Positions 47,933 through 57,432 of a DNA stretch of 64,000 nt are shown one piece after another; positions within the stretch are counted from its first letter, which is position 1; every line of letters begins with the position of its first letter. The stretch covers positions 1,144,067 through 1,208,066 of the forward strand of contig JADJTL010000001.1 of the NCBI GenBank assembly GCA_016711215.1, in the 5' to 3' direction. Source of the DNA: Pseudomonadota bacterium (lineage in GTDB: Bacteria; Myxococcota_A; Polyangia; GCA-2747355). The notes beneath the pieces were generated by a model. That model saw nothing but the letters and a program-made list of their open reading frames with translations. It was not told where the DNA came from and searched no databases. The translations under genes and the position numbers were made by a program.

Positions 47933-48418
47933 GTGAACCACGACGTCGGCACGATTGCTTGCAACACCGCGCGGCGCACGCGCACCTGCGGCCGCCGGCT
48001 CGGGCTGCTGCTCCAGCCGGGCGACGTCGTCGGGCTCGAGGGCGAGCTGGGCGCTGGCAAGACGCTCTTCGTTGGCGGTGTGGCGGCTGGACTGGGCCTC
48101 GCGCCGGGCTACCGGGTGGCGAGCCCGACCTTCACCTTGATCAACGAGTACCCGGGCCGCTTGCCGATCGTTCATGTGGATCTCTATCGGCTCGACGACC
48201 AGGCCGAGATGCAGGAGATTGGCATCCTCGATTACCTCGGCGGTCCCTGCGTCTGCCTGGTCGAGTGGTTCGGTCGCCTCGCCGGCGCCCGGCTGCCCGA
48301 CCATCTGCAGGTGACGATCGAGGTCACCGGCGACCACACGCGGCGCTTGAGGGTTGCGGGTAGCGGCCCGCGCGCGAGCGAGCTGGTGCGGCGCTGGATC
48401 GCCGCGTGCGCGTCTTGA
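47933..48418 (+). CDS. tsaE: tRNA t6A37 biosynthesis ATPase TsaE
   Basis: [31 protein letters not shown] motifs. The GTG at 47933 is chosen to avoid overlap with pfkB. Confidence 0.8.
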   Translation: MNHDVGTIACNTARRTRTCGRRLGLLLQPGDVVGLEGELGAGKTLFVGGVAAGLGLAPGYRVASPTFTLINEYPGRLPIVHVDLYRLDDQAEMQEIGILDYLGGPCVCLVEWFGRLAGARLPDHLQVTIEVTGDHTRRLRVAGSGPRASELVRRWIAACAS

Positions 48419-48456
48419 CGTTGGCGCGGCGTGCCGCCGATACTGCGGCGTGCGTT

Positions 48457-48533
48457 GCGCCCGTAGCTCAGTCGGATAGAGCGTCGGACTTCGAATCCGC
48501 AGGTCGGGTGTTCGAGTCACCCCGGGCGCACCA
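48457..48533 (+). tRNA. tRNA-Arg (anticodon UCG)
   Basis: 77-nt cloverleaf folded by hand. Acceptor GCGCCCG/CGGGCGC, anticodon loop CTTCGAA, T-loop TTCGAGT, encoded CCA. Confidence 0.85.
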
Positions 48534-48548
48534 AGCCAGCCTCCGCCG

Positions 48549-50760
48549 CTACGACGCGCCCGGCCCCGGCGCAGGCGATCGCCGAGGCGGCTGCAACGCT
48601 GCTCGACGCGGTCGTTGCGGACGGCGATTCCCAGCGCCTTGCGGCTGCCGACGATGACCACCAGCCGTCGAGCGCGGGTCAGCCCGGTGTAGACCAGGTT
48701 GCGCTGAAGCATCGCATAGTGCTGCGTGTGCAGCGGCATGACGACGACGGGGTATTCGCTGCCCTGGGCCTTGTGGATCGAGCAAGCGTAGGCCAGCACG
48801 AGCTCGTCGAGCTGGCCGTGCTCGTAGCGCACCAGGCGCTCGTCATAGCTGACCGTGAGCTGCTGCTCGTCCTCGTCGATCGACGCGACCCGGCCGATGT
48901 CGCCGTTGAAGACGTCGAGATCGTAGTTGTTGCGGAGCTGCATCACCTTGTCGCCGATCCGCAGCAAGCGGCTACCGCGGACTAACGCCGGTCCCGTGGG
49001 ATTGAGCAGGGACTGTAGCTCGGCGTTGAGGTTGATCACCCCGAGCAGCCCCTTTCGCATCGGCGTCAGCACCTGCACGCCGAGGGTCGGGTCGACCTTG
49101 AAGCGGCGCGGGATGCGCTCGCCGACGAGGTCCTTGATCGTCGCGAGGATCTGGTCTGGGTCGCCCCGCTCGATGAAGTAGAAGTCGCTGAGTTCTCCGC
49201 TCTCCTGCTCGCTCGTCATCGGCGGTAGCTCGCCGTGGTTGATGCGATGGGCGTTGACCACGATCTGGCTGCGCTGCGCTTGGCGAAAGATCTCGGTCAG
49301 GCGCACGACGCCGGCCCAACCCGAGCCGATGAGGTCGCGCAGCACGTTGCCCGGCCCGACCGAGGGGAGCTGATCGACGTCGCCGACGAGGATCAGCTGC
49401 GCCGCCGGCGGCAGCGCCTGCACCAGCGCGTGGAATAACACGATGTCGATCATCGAGGTCTCGTCGACGATCAGGGTGTCGACCTCGAGTGGACGCTCGC
49501 CGTCGCGCTCGAAGCGCTGCGTGCGCGGCGAGAACTCGAGCAGGCGGTGAATCGTGCGCGCCTCCTGGTCCGTGGTCTCGGCGAGGCGCTTGGCGGCGCG
49601 GCCCGTCGGGGCGCAGAGGAGGATACGGCGCCGTCCCCTACGAGCAGGCGCAGGATCGCATTGACGATCGTGGTCTTGCCGGTACCCGGGCCACCGGTGA
49701 TCACCAGCACCTTGCGCCGGGTGGCCTCCTCCACGGCCTGGCGCTGCTGCTCGGCAAGAGCGAGCTCGCGTTCCCGCTCGAAGCCCTCGATCGCCAGCGC
49801 GGCCCCCGCCAGGGGCGCCAGCGGGACCTCGCCGAGCTCCAGCAGTCGGGCCGCGGCTCCGCTCTCCGCGGCGTGCAGGGCCTTGAGGTAGATCGCGTCG
49901 TCCTCGGGGAGGGGCTCGCGCACGAGGGTGCCGGCGGCGAGCTGCGCGGCGATGGCCTCTTCGACCGGCAGCACGTCGAGCTCGAGGAGCTGCGTGGCGG
50001 CCGCGACTAGCCGCTCGTGCGGGAAGAAGACATGGCCCTGGTCCGCCAACTCGCCGAGCAGGTAGCGCACCCCGGCCTCGGCCCGCTGGGGTGAGTCGCG
50101 CGGGATCCCGAGCGAGGCGGCGATCTTGTCGGTGCTCTTGAAGCCGATGCCGACGACGTCCGAGGCGAGCTGGTAGGGGTTCTGGCGCACGACGGCGATC
50201 GCTCGCTCGCCGTACTGCTTGAAGACCCGCACGGCGTAGGCGGTGGAGACCCCATGCGTCTGCAGGAAGATCATCACCTCCTTGATCGCGCGTTGCTCAA
50301 GCCAGGCCTCGCGAATGCGCAGCGAGCGCAGGGGTCCGATGCCCGCGACCTCCCGCAGACGCTCGGGCTGGTTCTCGATCACGTTGAGGGTCTCGAGCTG
50401 GAAGCGCTCCACCAGGCGCGCCGCGATGCCGCGACCGAGCCCCGGGACGAGGCCCGAGGCGAGGTACTTCTCGATGCCGACGAGCGTCGCCGGTTGGATC
50501 GTCAGGTAGCTGTGGACGCGGAACTGCTCGCCGTACTTGCGGTCGTTGACCCACCAGCCGCGCAGGCGCAGGTTTTCACCCGGCTGCACGCCGAGCAGGC
50601 TACCCACCGCGGTGACCGTGCGCTGCTGCTGCAGGACGGTGATCCGCACCACGCTCCAGGCCGTCTCTTCGTTGGCGTAAACGACGCGGTCGAGCGCACC
50701 CTCGAGGACCTCGGGCGGGTCGCCGACGGGAGCTTCGGCGCGATGGCGATGGCCAGACAT
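48549..50760 (-). pseudogene. recD2: RecD2-type SF1 helicase (ATP-dependent RecD-like DNA helicase), disrupted by a 1-nt frameshift near 49627-49632 and lacking an in-frame stop at the expected 3' end
   Basis: Frame A runs MSGHRHR...VYANEETAWSVV...[23 protein letters not shown]. The homology then continues in another frame: [20 protein letters not shown]...TIHRLLE...[11 protein letters not shown]...[16 protein letters not shown]...[17 protein letters not shown]. 3' limit uncertain. Confidence 0.8.
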
Positions 50761-51067
50761 GCCGCGGCATCCTAACAGGGCGCTCGCCGGGCCGAAACCG
50801 CCCCCCGGGGCGCTTGCGGCCCGGCGCGCTGGGGCTTGCGCGGCGGGTCGGCCGAGCGGCGGGCGAGACTGGCGATCGGCCGCCCTCGACATGCCGCGGG
50901 TTGTCGACCAGAGGCAGCGGCGGTTGCGTGCGGCAAGCCGAACGCGCCCACCTGCCGTCGCCGTGTGAGCGCTCCGGTGAAGGCCCGTCGTGCGCGCCAG
51001 CGGGTGCCGGCGTGCGTGGCGTCTCCCGTCTGTGGTCGTCAGCAGCCCGCGACCACCCGGCCGGGGC

Positions 51068-53539
51068 TCAGCGAGCCGGCCTTTCCTTTGGCCGCGCGCT
51101 CTCGGTGCCGAGGCGCAGGACGAGTTGATCGAAATCGCGCCGCGAAATGGGCCCTGTCCGGCCGCGGAAAGGGCGGAAGCCGCCGTCGCCCTCGGGTGGT
51201 GTGTGCTCGGAGAGCCCCGGCACGTTCCAGATACCCTTGGACTCACTATCGGCCGGATCGTTTGGCGGCAGGCAGGCAAGCAGCGGCGTGGCGACCATCT
51301 GAGAGGAGGCCTTGGCGAGCGCCCGCCGATACGCTGCGTCGAGCTCCGAGGTCCACGGCCCGTGGCCACCCGACGGGGGGTTCTGCGGATCGATTCCCGC
51401 CGGAAGCTCGCCGGCGCGCTCCAGCCAGGTGAGCAGCTCGTAGCGCCAATGCGGTAGGCGCGCTTGCCAGCGGCTCGCCTCCTCGTCGGAGATCTTGCCC
51501 AGGCGGCGGAGCAGCCGGAGGTCAGCGCCATTCCATACCGCCCCGACGGGCGGCATGTCCCAGGTGGAATACGCCGCCAGCGCGCTCGACTCGTAGGACC
51601 TCGGCGACGCGAGGGGTGGAACGACGCTCCCTCGGAAGGCGTCCCAGTCGTAGGCCCAGCGGGCCAGCGCGTAGCCGTAGAGCCCCGCCTGTCTTCTCTT
51701 CTCGTCGAAGCCAGCGGGTGGGGTGCCGAGGTTCTCGGCGATCACCAGGCAGTGATGGCGACGACTCAGGAGGGTGATCACCGCCATCAGCTCCGGGAAG
51801 GGGTAGGCCACGTAGCCAGATCGCGCTGCGTCAAAGGCGCCGTCGGCAGTCCAGGCCGGCGAGAAGAGCCCGTGGATCCAGAACGCGTTGTCGAGACGTA
51901 GCCCGCCGGCGTTCGCCATCGAGCGCGTCAGCCTCGCCGCGAAGCGCGTCAGCCCATCGCGGATCATCGCCAGCGGATTTCGGATTGATCCGCCCCAGTC
52001 CTGGGGCAGATTCGGCGAGGTATCGTCGGGTGGCGCCCCTGCGTGCATGCCGCGCAGGTAGCCGTCGGGCCATTGCTCAACCTGAGGACCATTGGTGACG
52101 ACGGGCTGGTCCCTGATCCAACCGAGGGCCATCGGGGCTGCGCCGTCGGCGCGCGGATCGACGGCGGCCTCGCGAACTGCCAGCTCTTGCACCGCATAGG
52201 CCCACTCTGTGAAGAGCGCGAGCTCCGGATCGCGCAGCTTGCGGCGGCGGCCCAGGTCGAGGCCGGCGTCGCGTTGGGCTGGATGCTGGGCGACCCAGGC
52301 CTGGTACGCGCCCCAGGCCTTCCCCGGGACGCCGCCAGCGCCTGCCTGCGCCTTGAACCAACCCCAGAGAGTAACGAGCCCCTGCGTCGTCAGCCTCGAG
52401 ATCAACGTGGGATTGAGCTGCCGAGCGCTAAGGGCCCTTGTGCGCCGCGAGGCAAGGGATCCCTGGAAGACCGGGTCTGAGAAGCCGATCTGCCGCGCCA
52501 GCACGCCGAGATCGACCATTCGCGGGTCGCCGTGACCGGTGTGCAGCGTGTCGTAGGGGCTCGCCGCGCTCGGGTTCACCATCGTCGTCGGTGGCGTCGA
52601 CACGCCGTCAAAGCCGGCGCTGCGCGCCGCCGCCACGACCCGCCGCAAGGTCTCGAGATTCCCCGCGCCGACGCCCTGCGCGCCCTCGAGGTTGAGCGCC
52701 GCGATCGGCGTCTCGAGGATGGCGATGCGCTTGCCCGCGGGAAGCTCGTGCGCCCGCTGTGGCGCGATCACGAGCGTCATCGCGCCCGCTATGCTCCGAG
52801 GCGAACCGCCCAGCCCGTGGCTCACGCGAACCTGGTGCATGCCGAAGCGCCGCTCGCCGACCTCCGCAGTGAGGGTTCGCACCAGCGCGGGCACATCGAG
52901 CATCCGGTAAGCGGGTGCCGGCGACGCGTCCGACTCGGCACCACCAAAGGCTGTGCCTCCTGCGCGGCGGCGAGGCGCAGGCCGCAGGCGCGCGCTGATG
53001 TCCCTCCAGGCGCCTGCTTCCTTCGCTTCGTCCTCGAGGCGCAGCTCGACCTTGAGGCCAGACCACGCACCCGCTGCGCCACCCGCCAGGCCGAGGCGCA
53101 AGCGCGGCATGCCCTCCGTCTCCGGATGACCTTCCTGGAAGGCATGGAGCCAGGGCAACGCGTTGGCCCGCCGCTCGGCGTTCAGCGCCTTGAGCGCTGC
53201 GCCGAAGCCCATGCCCTCGCCGCGCCACGGCGCGATCACCGCCCCGCCGACGCGCTCGAAGAAGCGAGGGTCGGCGTGCACCTCGCGCCAATCGACCGAG
53301 CTCAGGTATTTGGGGTGGGCGAAATGCGCACCGAGGTGCCGCTGGGCACGGGCCTCAGCGGTCCGCTTCGCGCTTGGCTCGGCTGCAGCGACGTCCTGCG
53401 CCGCTGCCAGCGACAGGAGGGCCGCGAGCAGCAGGGCAGACGGGTCGGCCGCCGCCGCCCTAACCAAGGCCTGGCCCGCGACGATCGCTTGGCTGCGGTT
53501 GGCGCTCGCGTCTGGTGTTCGTGTCTGGCGCCATTCCAA
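51068..53539 (-). CDS. GH77 4-alpha-glucanotransferase-like protein, divergent, with ~250-aa N-terminal extension and apparent signal peptide
   Basis: Family blocks in canonical order: SPYDTLHTGHGDPRMVDL, GAPPDD..PQDWGGSIRNP, GLRLDNAFWIHGLF, LVIAENLGTPP, AAYSTWDMPPVGAVW. Confidence 0.6.
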   Translation of the reverse strand: MEWRQTRTPDASANRSQAIVAGQALVRAAAADPSALLLAALLSLAAAQDVAAAEPSAKRTAEARAQRHLGAHFAHPKYLSSVDWREVHADPRFFERVGGAVIAPWRGEGMGFGAALKALNAERRANALPWLHAFQEGHPETEGMPRLRLGLAGGAAGAWSGLKVELRLEDEAKEAGAWRDISARLRPAPRRRAGGTAFGGAESDASPAPAYRMLDVPALVRTLTAEVGERRFGMHQVRVSHGLGGSPRSIAGAMTLVIAPQRAHELPAGKRIAILETPIAALNLEGAQGVGAGNLETLRRVVAAARSAGFDGVSTPPTTMVNPSAASPYDTLHTGHGDPRMVDLGVLARQIGFSDPVFQGSLASRRTRALSARQLNPTLISRLTTQGLVTLWGWFKAQAGAGGVPGKAWGAYQAWVAQHPAQRDAGLDLGRRRKLRDPELALFTEWAYAVQELAVREAAVDPRADGAAPMALGWIRDQPVVTNGPQVEQWPDGYLRGMHAGAPPDDTSPNLPQDWGGSIRNPLAMIRDGLTRFAARLTRSMANAGGLRLDNAFWIHGLFSPAWTADGAFDAARSGYVAYPFPELMAVITLLSRRHHCLVIAENLGTPPAGFDEKRRQAGLYGYALARWAYDWDAFRGSVVPPLASPRSYESSALAAYSTWDMPPVGAVWNGADLRLLRRLGKISDEEASRWQARLPHWRYELLTWLERAGELPAGIDPQNPPSGGHGPWTSELDAAYRRALAKASSQMVATPLLACLPPNDPADSESKGIWNVPGLSEHTPPEGDGGFRPFRGRTGPISRRDFDQLVLRLGTESARPKERPAR

Positions 53540-53613
53540 GCTCCAGCGCTGAGTGAAAGGGGGCGCCGCTCCAATCAGCGCCGCCCGAGGGGGCGTGCAT
53601 GCCCCGGCGGCCC

Positions 53614-54660
53614 TTACACGTTGAAGCGGTAGTTCACGACGTCGCCGTCCTGGATCTCGTAGTCTTTGCCTTCCAATCGGATCTTGCCGGCGGTCTTGAG
53701 GGCCGCTTCTGTGCCGAGGCGCTCGAGGTCCTCCAGACGATAGACCTCGGCGCGGATGAAGCCGCGTTCGATGTCGCTATGGACCTTGCCGGCCGCGCGC
53801 CGGGCCACGGTGCCTCGCCGCAGCGGCCAGGCCCGGCATTCATCCGGACCCGCGGTGAGGAAGCAGATCAGGTCGAGCAGTCGGTAGGCGGCGCGGATAA
53901 AGACGTTGCGCGCCGGCTCGCCCAACCCGAGCCCGACGAGAAACTCCTGCTGCTCCTCTGCAGGCAAATCGGCGATCTCGGCCTCGATCGCGCCGCAGAG
54001 GCCGAGCGAGAGGGCGGAGGGACCGCGCTCCTGAAGCTCTCGCAAGCTGGCCTGCGCCGGATCGCCCCACGCGGTTTCGCTCAGGCTGAAGAGGGTGATC
54101 GATGGCTTGATCGACAGGAGCTGGATACCGACGAAGGTGGCCTCCTCCTCATCGCTGAGCCCCAGCGCGCGCAGGGGCTGGCCCGCTTCGAGCTGCGCCA
54201 CGCAGCGCTCGTTGATCGCCACCTCGGGACCCTTCTTTGACTCCTTGCGCAGTCGCTCCTGGCGGCGCTCGAGCACCTGCAGATCGTGAAGCACCAGCTC
54301 ATCGCTGAAGAGGGCGTCGTCGCGCGCCGGATCGGCCGGGCGGGCAACCAGGGGGTTGTCGAAGCCGCGGACGACGTGCACCAAGACGTCGACGTTGCGC
54401 ATGTGCTGCAGCACGTCAGGGCTGAAGGCCCCCGTATCGGCGCGGCCCCCTTCGCCACCGACGTCGACGAAGGTGACCTCGCCGTAGGTCTTGCGCTTGG
54501 GCGAGAAGATCGTGGCCAGGCGGTCGACGCGGACGTCGGGCACCTTGATATTGCCGAGCGCGACGCCGCCGCGGTCGCTGCGAGCGCCGGGCGCCAACGC
54601 CGAAAACACCGTCGATTTTCCAGAGCCGGCGTAACCGGCGAGTCCCACGCGCATGGCCAA
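53614..54660 (-). CDS. ychF: YchF/OLA1-family ribosome-associated ATPase (divergent)
   Basis: P-loop GLAGYAGSGKST, central helical insertion, C-terminal TGS-like KVHSDIERGFIRAEV...GKIRLEGKDYEIQDGDVVNYRFNV. Confidence 0.75.
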   Translation of the reverse strand: MAMRVGLAGYAGSGKSTVFSALAPGARSDRGGVALGNIKVPDVRVDRLATIFSPKRKTYGEVTFVDVGGEGGRADTGAFSPDVLQHMRNVDVLVHVVRGFDNPLVARPADPARDDALFSDELVLHDLQVLERRQERLRKESKKGPEVAINERCVAQLEAGQPLRALGLSDEEEATFVGIQLLSIKPSITLFSLSETAWGDPAQASLRELQERGPSALSLGLCGAIEAEIADLPAEEQQEFLVGLGLGEPARNVFIRAAYRLLDLICFLTAGPDECRAWPLRRGTVARRAAGKVHSDIERGFIRAEVYRLEDLERLGTEAALKTAGKIRLEGKDYEIQDGDVVNYRFNV

Positions 54661-54930
54661 CCTCCCGACGCCGCTGCGCGGCCAGTGTCGTCTACAGCAG
54701 GGCGTGCGAGGCGTCCAGCGTTGGTTTGGCGCGGACGCGGTGTCGTACCGGCAGCGACGAGCAAGAGCAACCGCCCATGATCAAGGGCGAAGTCGTCGCC
54801 CTTGCCGCGCCTCTCAGGCACTGCGGGAGGTTAACCCGCTACAGCGCGCGCGGACTCCGCCTTCTACCGTCGTCGCCCCTCGCTTCGACCCCGCCCGCGC
54901 CGTGCAACCCTTTGCGATCGTACCCCTGCA

Positions 54931-55926
54931 GTGCAGGCGGGTGCAGCGCCGGTGCGTTGCTTCCGGCCACCCGGCGGTGCGCCCCGCGTAGTGGCGCCGG
55001 AGCTGCCAACGCCACTACTGGATGCGCACACGCACGTCTACAGCAGGCAGCTGGTGCGCCAGGTCAACGGGCGGTTGGGCCGGTCGGAGTTCACGGAATT
55101 CACCGCGGCACAACTGGTCGAGCGCCTTGACCGCCAGGGCATTCAACGCGCAATCGTCATCTCCGGCGCGTACCTCGCTGCGGCCGACGTCTACCCGAAC
55201 GCGTTGCCGCCGAAGGAGGAGCTCGCAGCGACGCGCAGAGAGAACGACTTCGCCGCCGCTGAGGTCTCTGGCTGGTCCGATCGCCTGATCCTTTTTTGCA
55301 GCGTGAACCCCAAGCGCCCGTGGGCAGCCGACGAGGCTGCGCGTTGCCAGCGTGAGCTTGGCGCACGCGGGCTGAAACTGCACTTCTGGAACTCGCTGGT
55401 CGATCCGCAGGAGGCGAGTCACCGCACGGCGCTGCGTGCAGTGCTGATCCGAGCCGAGGCGCTCGACTTACCCGTGCTGCTGCACGCGTACAACGGCCAG
55501 CTAACGCACTTCGGTGCGCCCCAGATCGACTGCGTCGTCGCAGACACCCTCCAAGCGTGCCCGGAGCTACGTGTCTGTTTCGCTCACGTCGGAGGAGCGG
55601 GGGGCTTCGATCCCTCGGTGGAGGAAGCCTTCGAACGCCTGACCACCTTGGCCGCACGGCCGGCATTCGCCCAACGAAGCTGGGTCGACCTGGCAGCGGT
55701 GGCCTTCGCGCGGAGGACGCGAAGCTACGAGCGCTCCTCAGTGGCCCAGCTCTCCCGACTCGCCCGGCTACTTGCGCGCTGGGCTCCCGACCGCATCCTC
55801 TGGGGCAGCGACAACATCGAGGACTACCTGGCCCAGACTGCCGCCGTCTGGCCGCTGGCGCCCGAGGTTTGGCGGACCATCGCGCAGAGCGACGGGCACC
55901 ACTTTGTCACGCGGGCGACACGGTAA
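54931..55926 (+). CDS. Amidohydrolase-2 family metal-dependent TIM-barrel hydrolase
   Basis: LLDAHTHVY metal-binding start, GARGLKLH, LPVLLHA, and a late WGSDN motif. Start uncertain (GTG 54991 also possible). Confidence 0.6.
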   Translation: MQAGAAPVRCFRPPGGAPRVVAPELPTPLLDAHTHVYSRQLVRQVNGRLGRSEFTEFTAAQLVERLDRQGIQRAIVISGAYLAAADVYPNALPPKEELAATRRENDFAAAEVSGWSDRLILFCSVNPKRPWAADEAARCQRELGARGLKLHFWNSLVDPQEASHRTALRAVLIRAEALDLPVLLHAYNGQLTHFGAPQIDCVVADTLQACPELRVCFAHVGGAGGFDPSVEEAFERLTTLAARPAFAQRSWVDLAAVAFARRTRSYERSSVAQLSRLARLLARWAPDRILWGSDNIEDYLAQTAAVWPLAPEVWRTIAQSDGHHFVTRATR

Positions 55927-56020
55927 GCGACGCCCCGTCGCGACGCCCCGCCTTCTGTAGAGGGCGTGCGCGCGCCTGGCGCGCTAGGCTGGGCGTCCCA
56001 GGTCCAGGAGGGCGAAGGCG

Positions 56021-56620
56021 ATGGTCGAGGCAGCAGAGGTCCTAGCGTTTTGGTTCGGCGAGATCCGCGCGGATGGAAGCGTCGACGGCCAGCGCGCCGC
56101 GCTGTGGTGGAAGAAGGATCCCCTGACCGACGAGACCATCCGCGGGCGCTTCGAGCCGCTGGTGCGGCAGGCTGCGTCGGGAGAGCGCGACAGCTGGGCA
56201 GAGACGGCAGAGGGCCGGCTGGCGCTGATCATCTGCCTCGATCAGTTCCCCCGCAATATCTACCGCCAGGACCCACGCGCTTGGGCCTTCGACGCGATCG
56301 CCCAACGCCTCTGCCTGGAGGGCCTGGACCGCGGCCACGATCAGCGGCTACCGGTGATCCAGCGCGTCTTCCATTACATGCCGCTGGAGCACGCCGAGGA
56401 TCGCGACTTGCAGCAGCGCTGCCTCGAGCGCTTCGAGCAGCTACAGGTCGACGCGCCGCCGGCGCTGCAGGAGGCCTGCGCCGCTTACCTGAGCTACGCC
56501 GAGCAGCATCACGCGATTATCCAGCGCTTTGGCCGCTTTCCGCACCGCAACCAGGTTTTGGGCCGGAAGTCGACCGAGGAGGAGACGGCGTTTCTCAAGC
56601 AACCCGGGTCGTCATTCTGA
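56021..56620 (+). CDS. DUF924 family protein
   Basis: VLAFWFG, LALIICLDQFPRNIYR, HYMPLEH, IIQRFGRFPHRNQVLGR are family hallmarks as I recall them. GGAGG upstream. Confidence 0.8.
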   Translation: MVEAAEVLAFWFGEIRADGSVDGQRAALWWKKDPLTDETIRGRFEPLVRQAASGERDSWAETAEGRLALIICLDQFPRNIYRQDPRAWAFDAIAQRLCLEGLDRGHDQRLPVIQRVFHYMPLEHAEDRDLQQRCLERFEQLQVDAPPALQEACAAYLSYAEQHHAIIQRFGRFPHRNQVLGRKSTEEETAFLKQPGSSF

Positions 56621-56642
56621 CCTCGGGTCGTCGTTCTGACCT
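56605..56642. repeat. 19-bp direct duplication of the DUF924 gene 3' end including its stop codon
   Basis: cgggtcgtcattctgacct followed by cgggtcgtcgttctgacct (1 mismatch). Confidence 0.85.
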
Positions 56643-56754
56643 TCCCACGGCGAGCCGGCGTCGCTCCGGAGGCGAGCGCCCTGCCGCGCAACGAGACGGC
56701 TATTGACAGCCCGCGCGCAGGTTGCTCTACTGCGCCGCCGCCACGAGGGAACGC

Positions 56755-57318
56755 ATGTACGATACCTCCGACTTCCGCAAGGGACTGAAGGTCCTGATCG
56801 ACGGCCAGCCGTATATCGTCGTCGATTTTCAGTTCGTCAAGCCGGGCAAGGGCGTGGCCTTCACGCGCGCGCGCGTCAAGAACATGCTGACCGGCTCGGT
56901 GCTCGACAAGACCTACCGCTCCGGCGAAAAGCTCGAGCCCGCCAACATCGACGAGCGCCAGATGCAGTACCTCTACCAAGAGGGAGAGAACTACTGCTTC
57001 ATGGACCAACAGAGCTTCGATCAGGTCTTCGTGCCGGGGGAGATCCTCGGCGACAGTGCCAAGTACCTCTCGGATAACCTAGAGGTCTCGGTCGTCTTTT
57101 TTGCAGAGCGCCCCGTCGACGTGACCTTGCCGAACTTTGTCACACTCGAGGTGGTCGAGACCGACCCCGGTTTCCGCGGCGACACGGCGACCGGCGCCAC
57201 CAAACCCGCGCGGCTCTCGGCGGGCGCGGTGATCAACGTGCCGCTCTTCGTCGAGCAGGGCGAGTGGCTCAAGGTCGATACCCGCACGGGCAGCTACGTC
57301 GAGCGCGTGAAGCGCTGA
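56755..57318 (+). CDS. efp: Elongation factor P (Lys-type loop PGKG)
   Basis: MYDTSDFRKGLKVLIDGQPYIVVDFQFVKPGKGVAFTRARVKN... aligns with E. coli EF-P over its full length and ends GSYVERVKR. Confidence 0.95.
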   Translation: MYDTSDFRKGLKVLIDGQPYIVVDFQFVKPGKGVAFTRARVKNMLTGSVLDKTYRSGEKLEPANIDERQMQYLYQEGENYCFMDQQSFDQVFVPGEILGDSAKYLSDNLEVSVVFFAERPVDVTLPNFVTLEVVETDPGFRGDTATGATKPARLSAGAVINVPLFVEQGEWLKVDTRTGSYVERVKR

Positions 57319-57422
57319 CGCAATTACGTCGAGCGCGTGAAGCGCTGACGCAATTACGTCGAGCGCGTTACGTCGAGCGCGTGAAGCGCTGACGCAATTA
57401 CGTCGAGCGCGTGAAGCGCTGA
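57295..57422. repeat. 30-bp tandem repeat (tacgtcgagcgcgtgaagcgctgacgcaat), 4 full or near-full copies plus one 14-nt partial; the first copy is the efp 3' end and stop
   Basis: Copies at 57295, 57325, 57355 (14 nt), 57369 and 57399. They fill nearly the whole efp-epmA spacer. Confidence 0.95.
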
Positions 57423-57432
57423 TCCCCTGACG

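Noticed and set aside
48457-48533. Genomic island or prophage integrated at tRNA-Arg (also considered for tRNA-Ser and tRNA-Val)
   Set aside because: There are no integrase, excisionase, transposase or phage-like genes within several kb. I found no direct repeat of the tRNA 3' end. The flanking genes are housekeeping.
47804-48548. 3' extension of the recD2 reading frame as genuine coding sequence
   Set aside because: It runs antisense through tRNA-Arg, tsaE and pfkB, has Arg/Pro/Ala-rich composition, and lies beyond the end of helicase homology. I interpret it as absence of a stop (indel or stop-loss), not as protein.
50761-51531. N-terminal 257 aa of ORF 49471..51531 as part of RecD2
   Set aside because: It is Arg/Ala/Pro-rich, overlaps the GH77-like gene 3' end, and helicase homology begins at MSGHRHR (ATG 50760).
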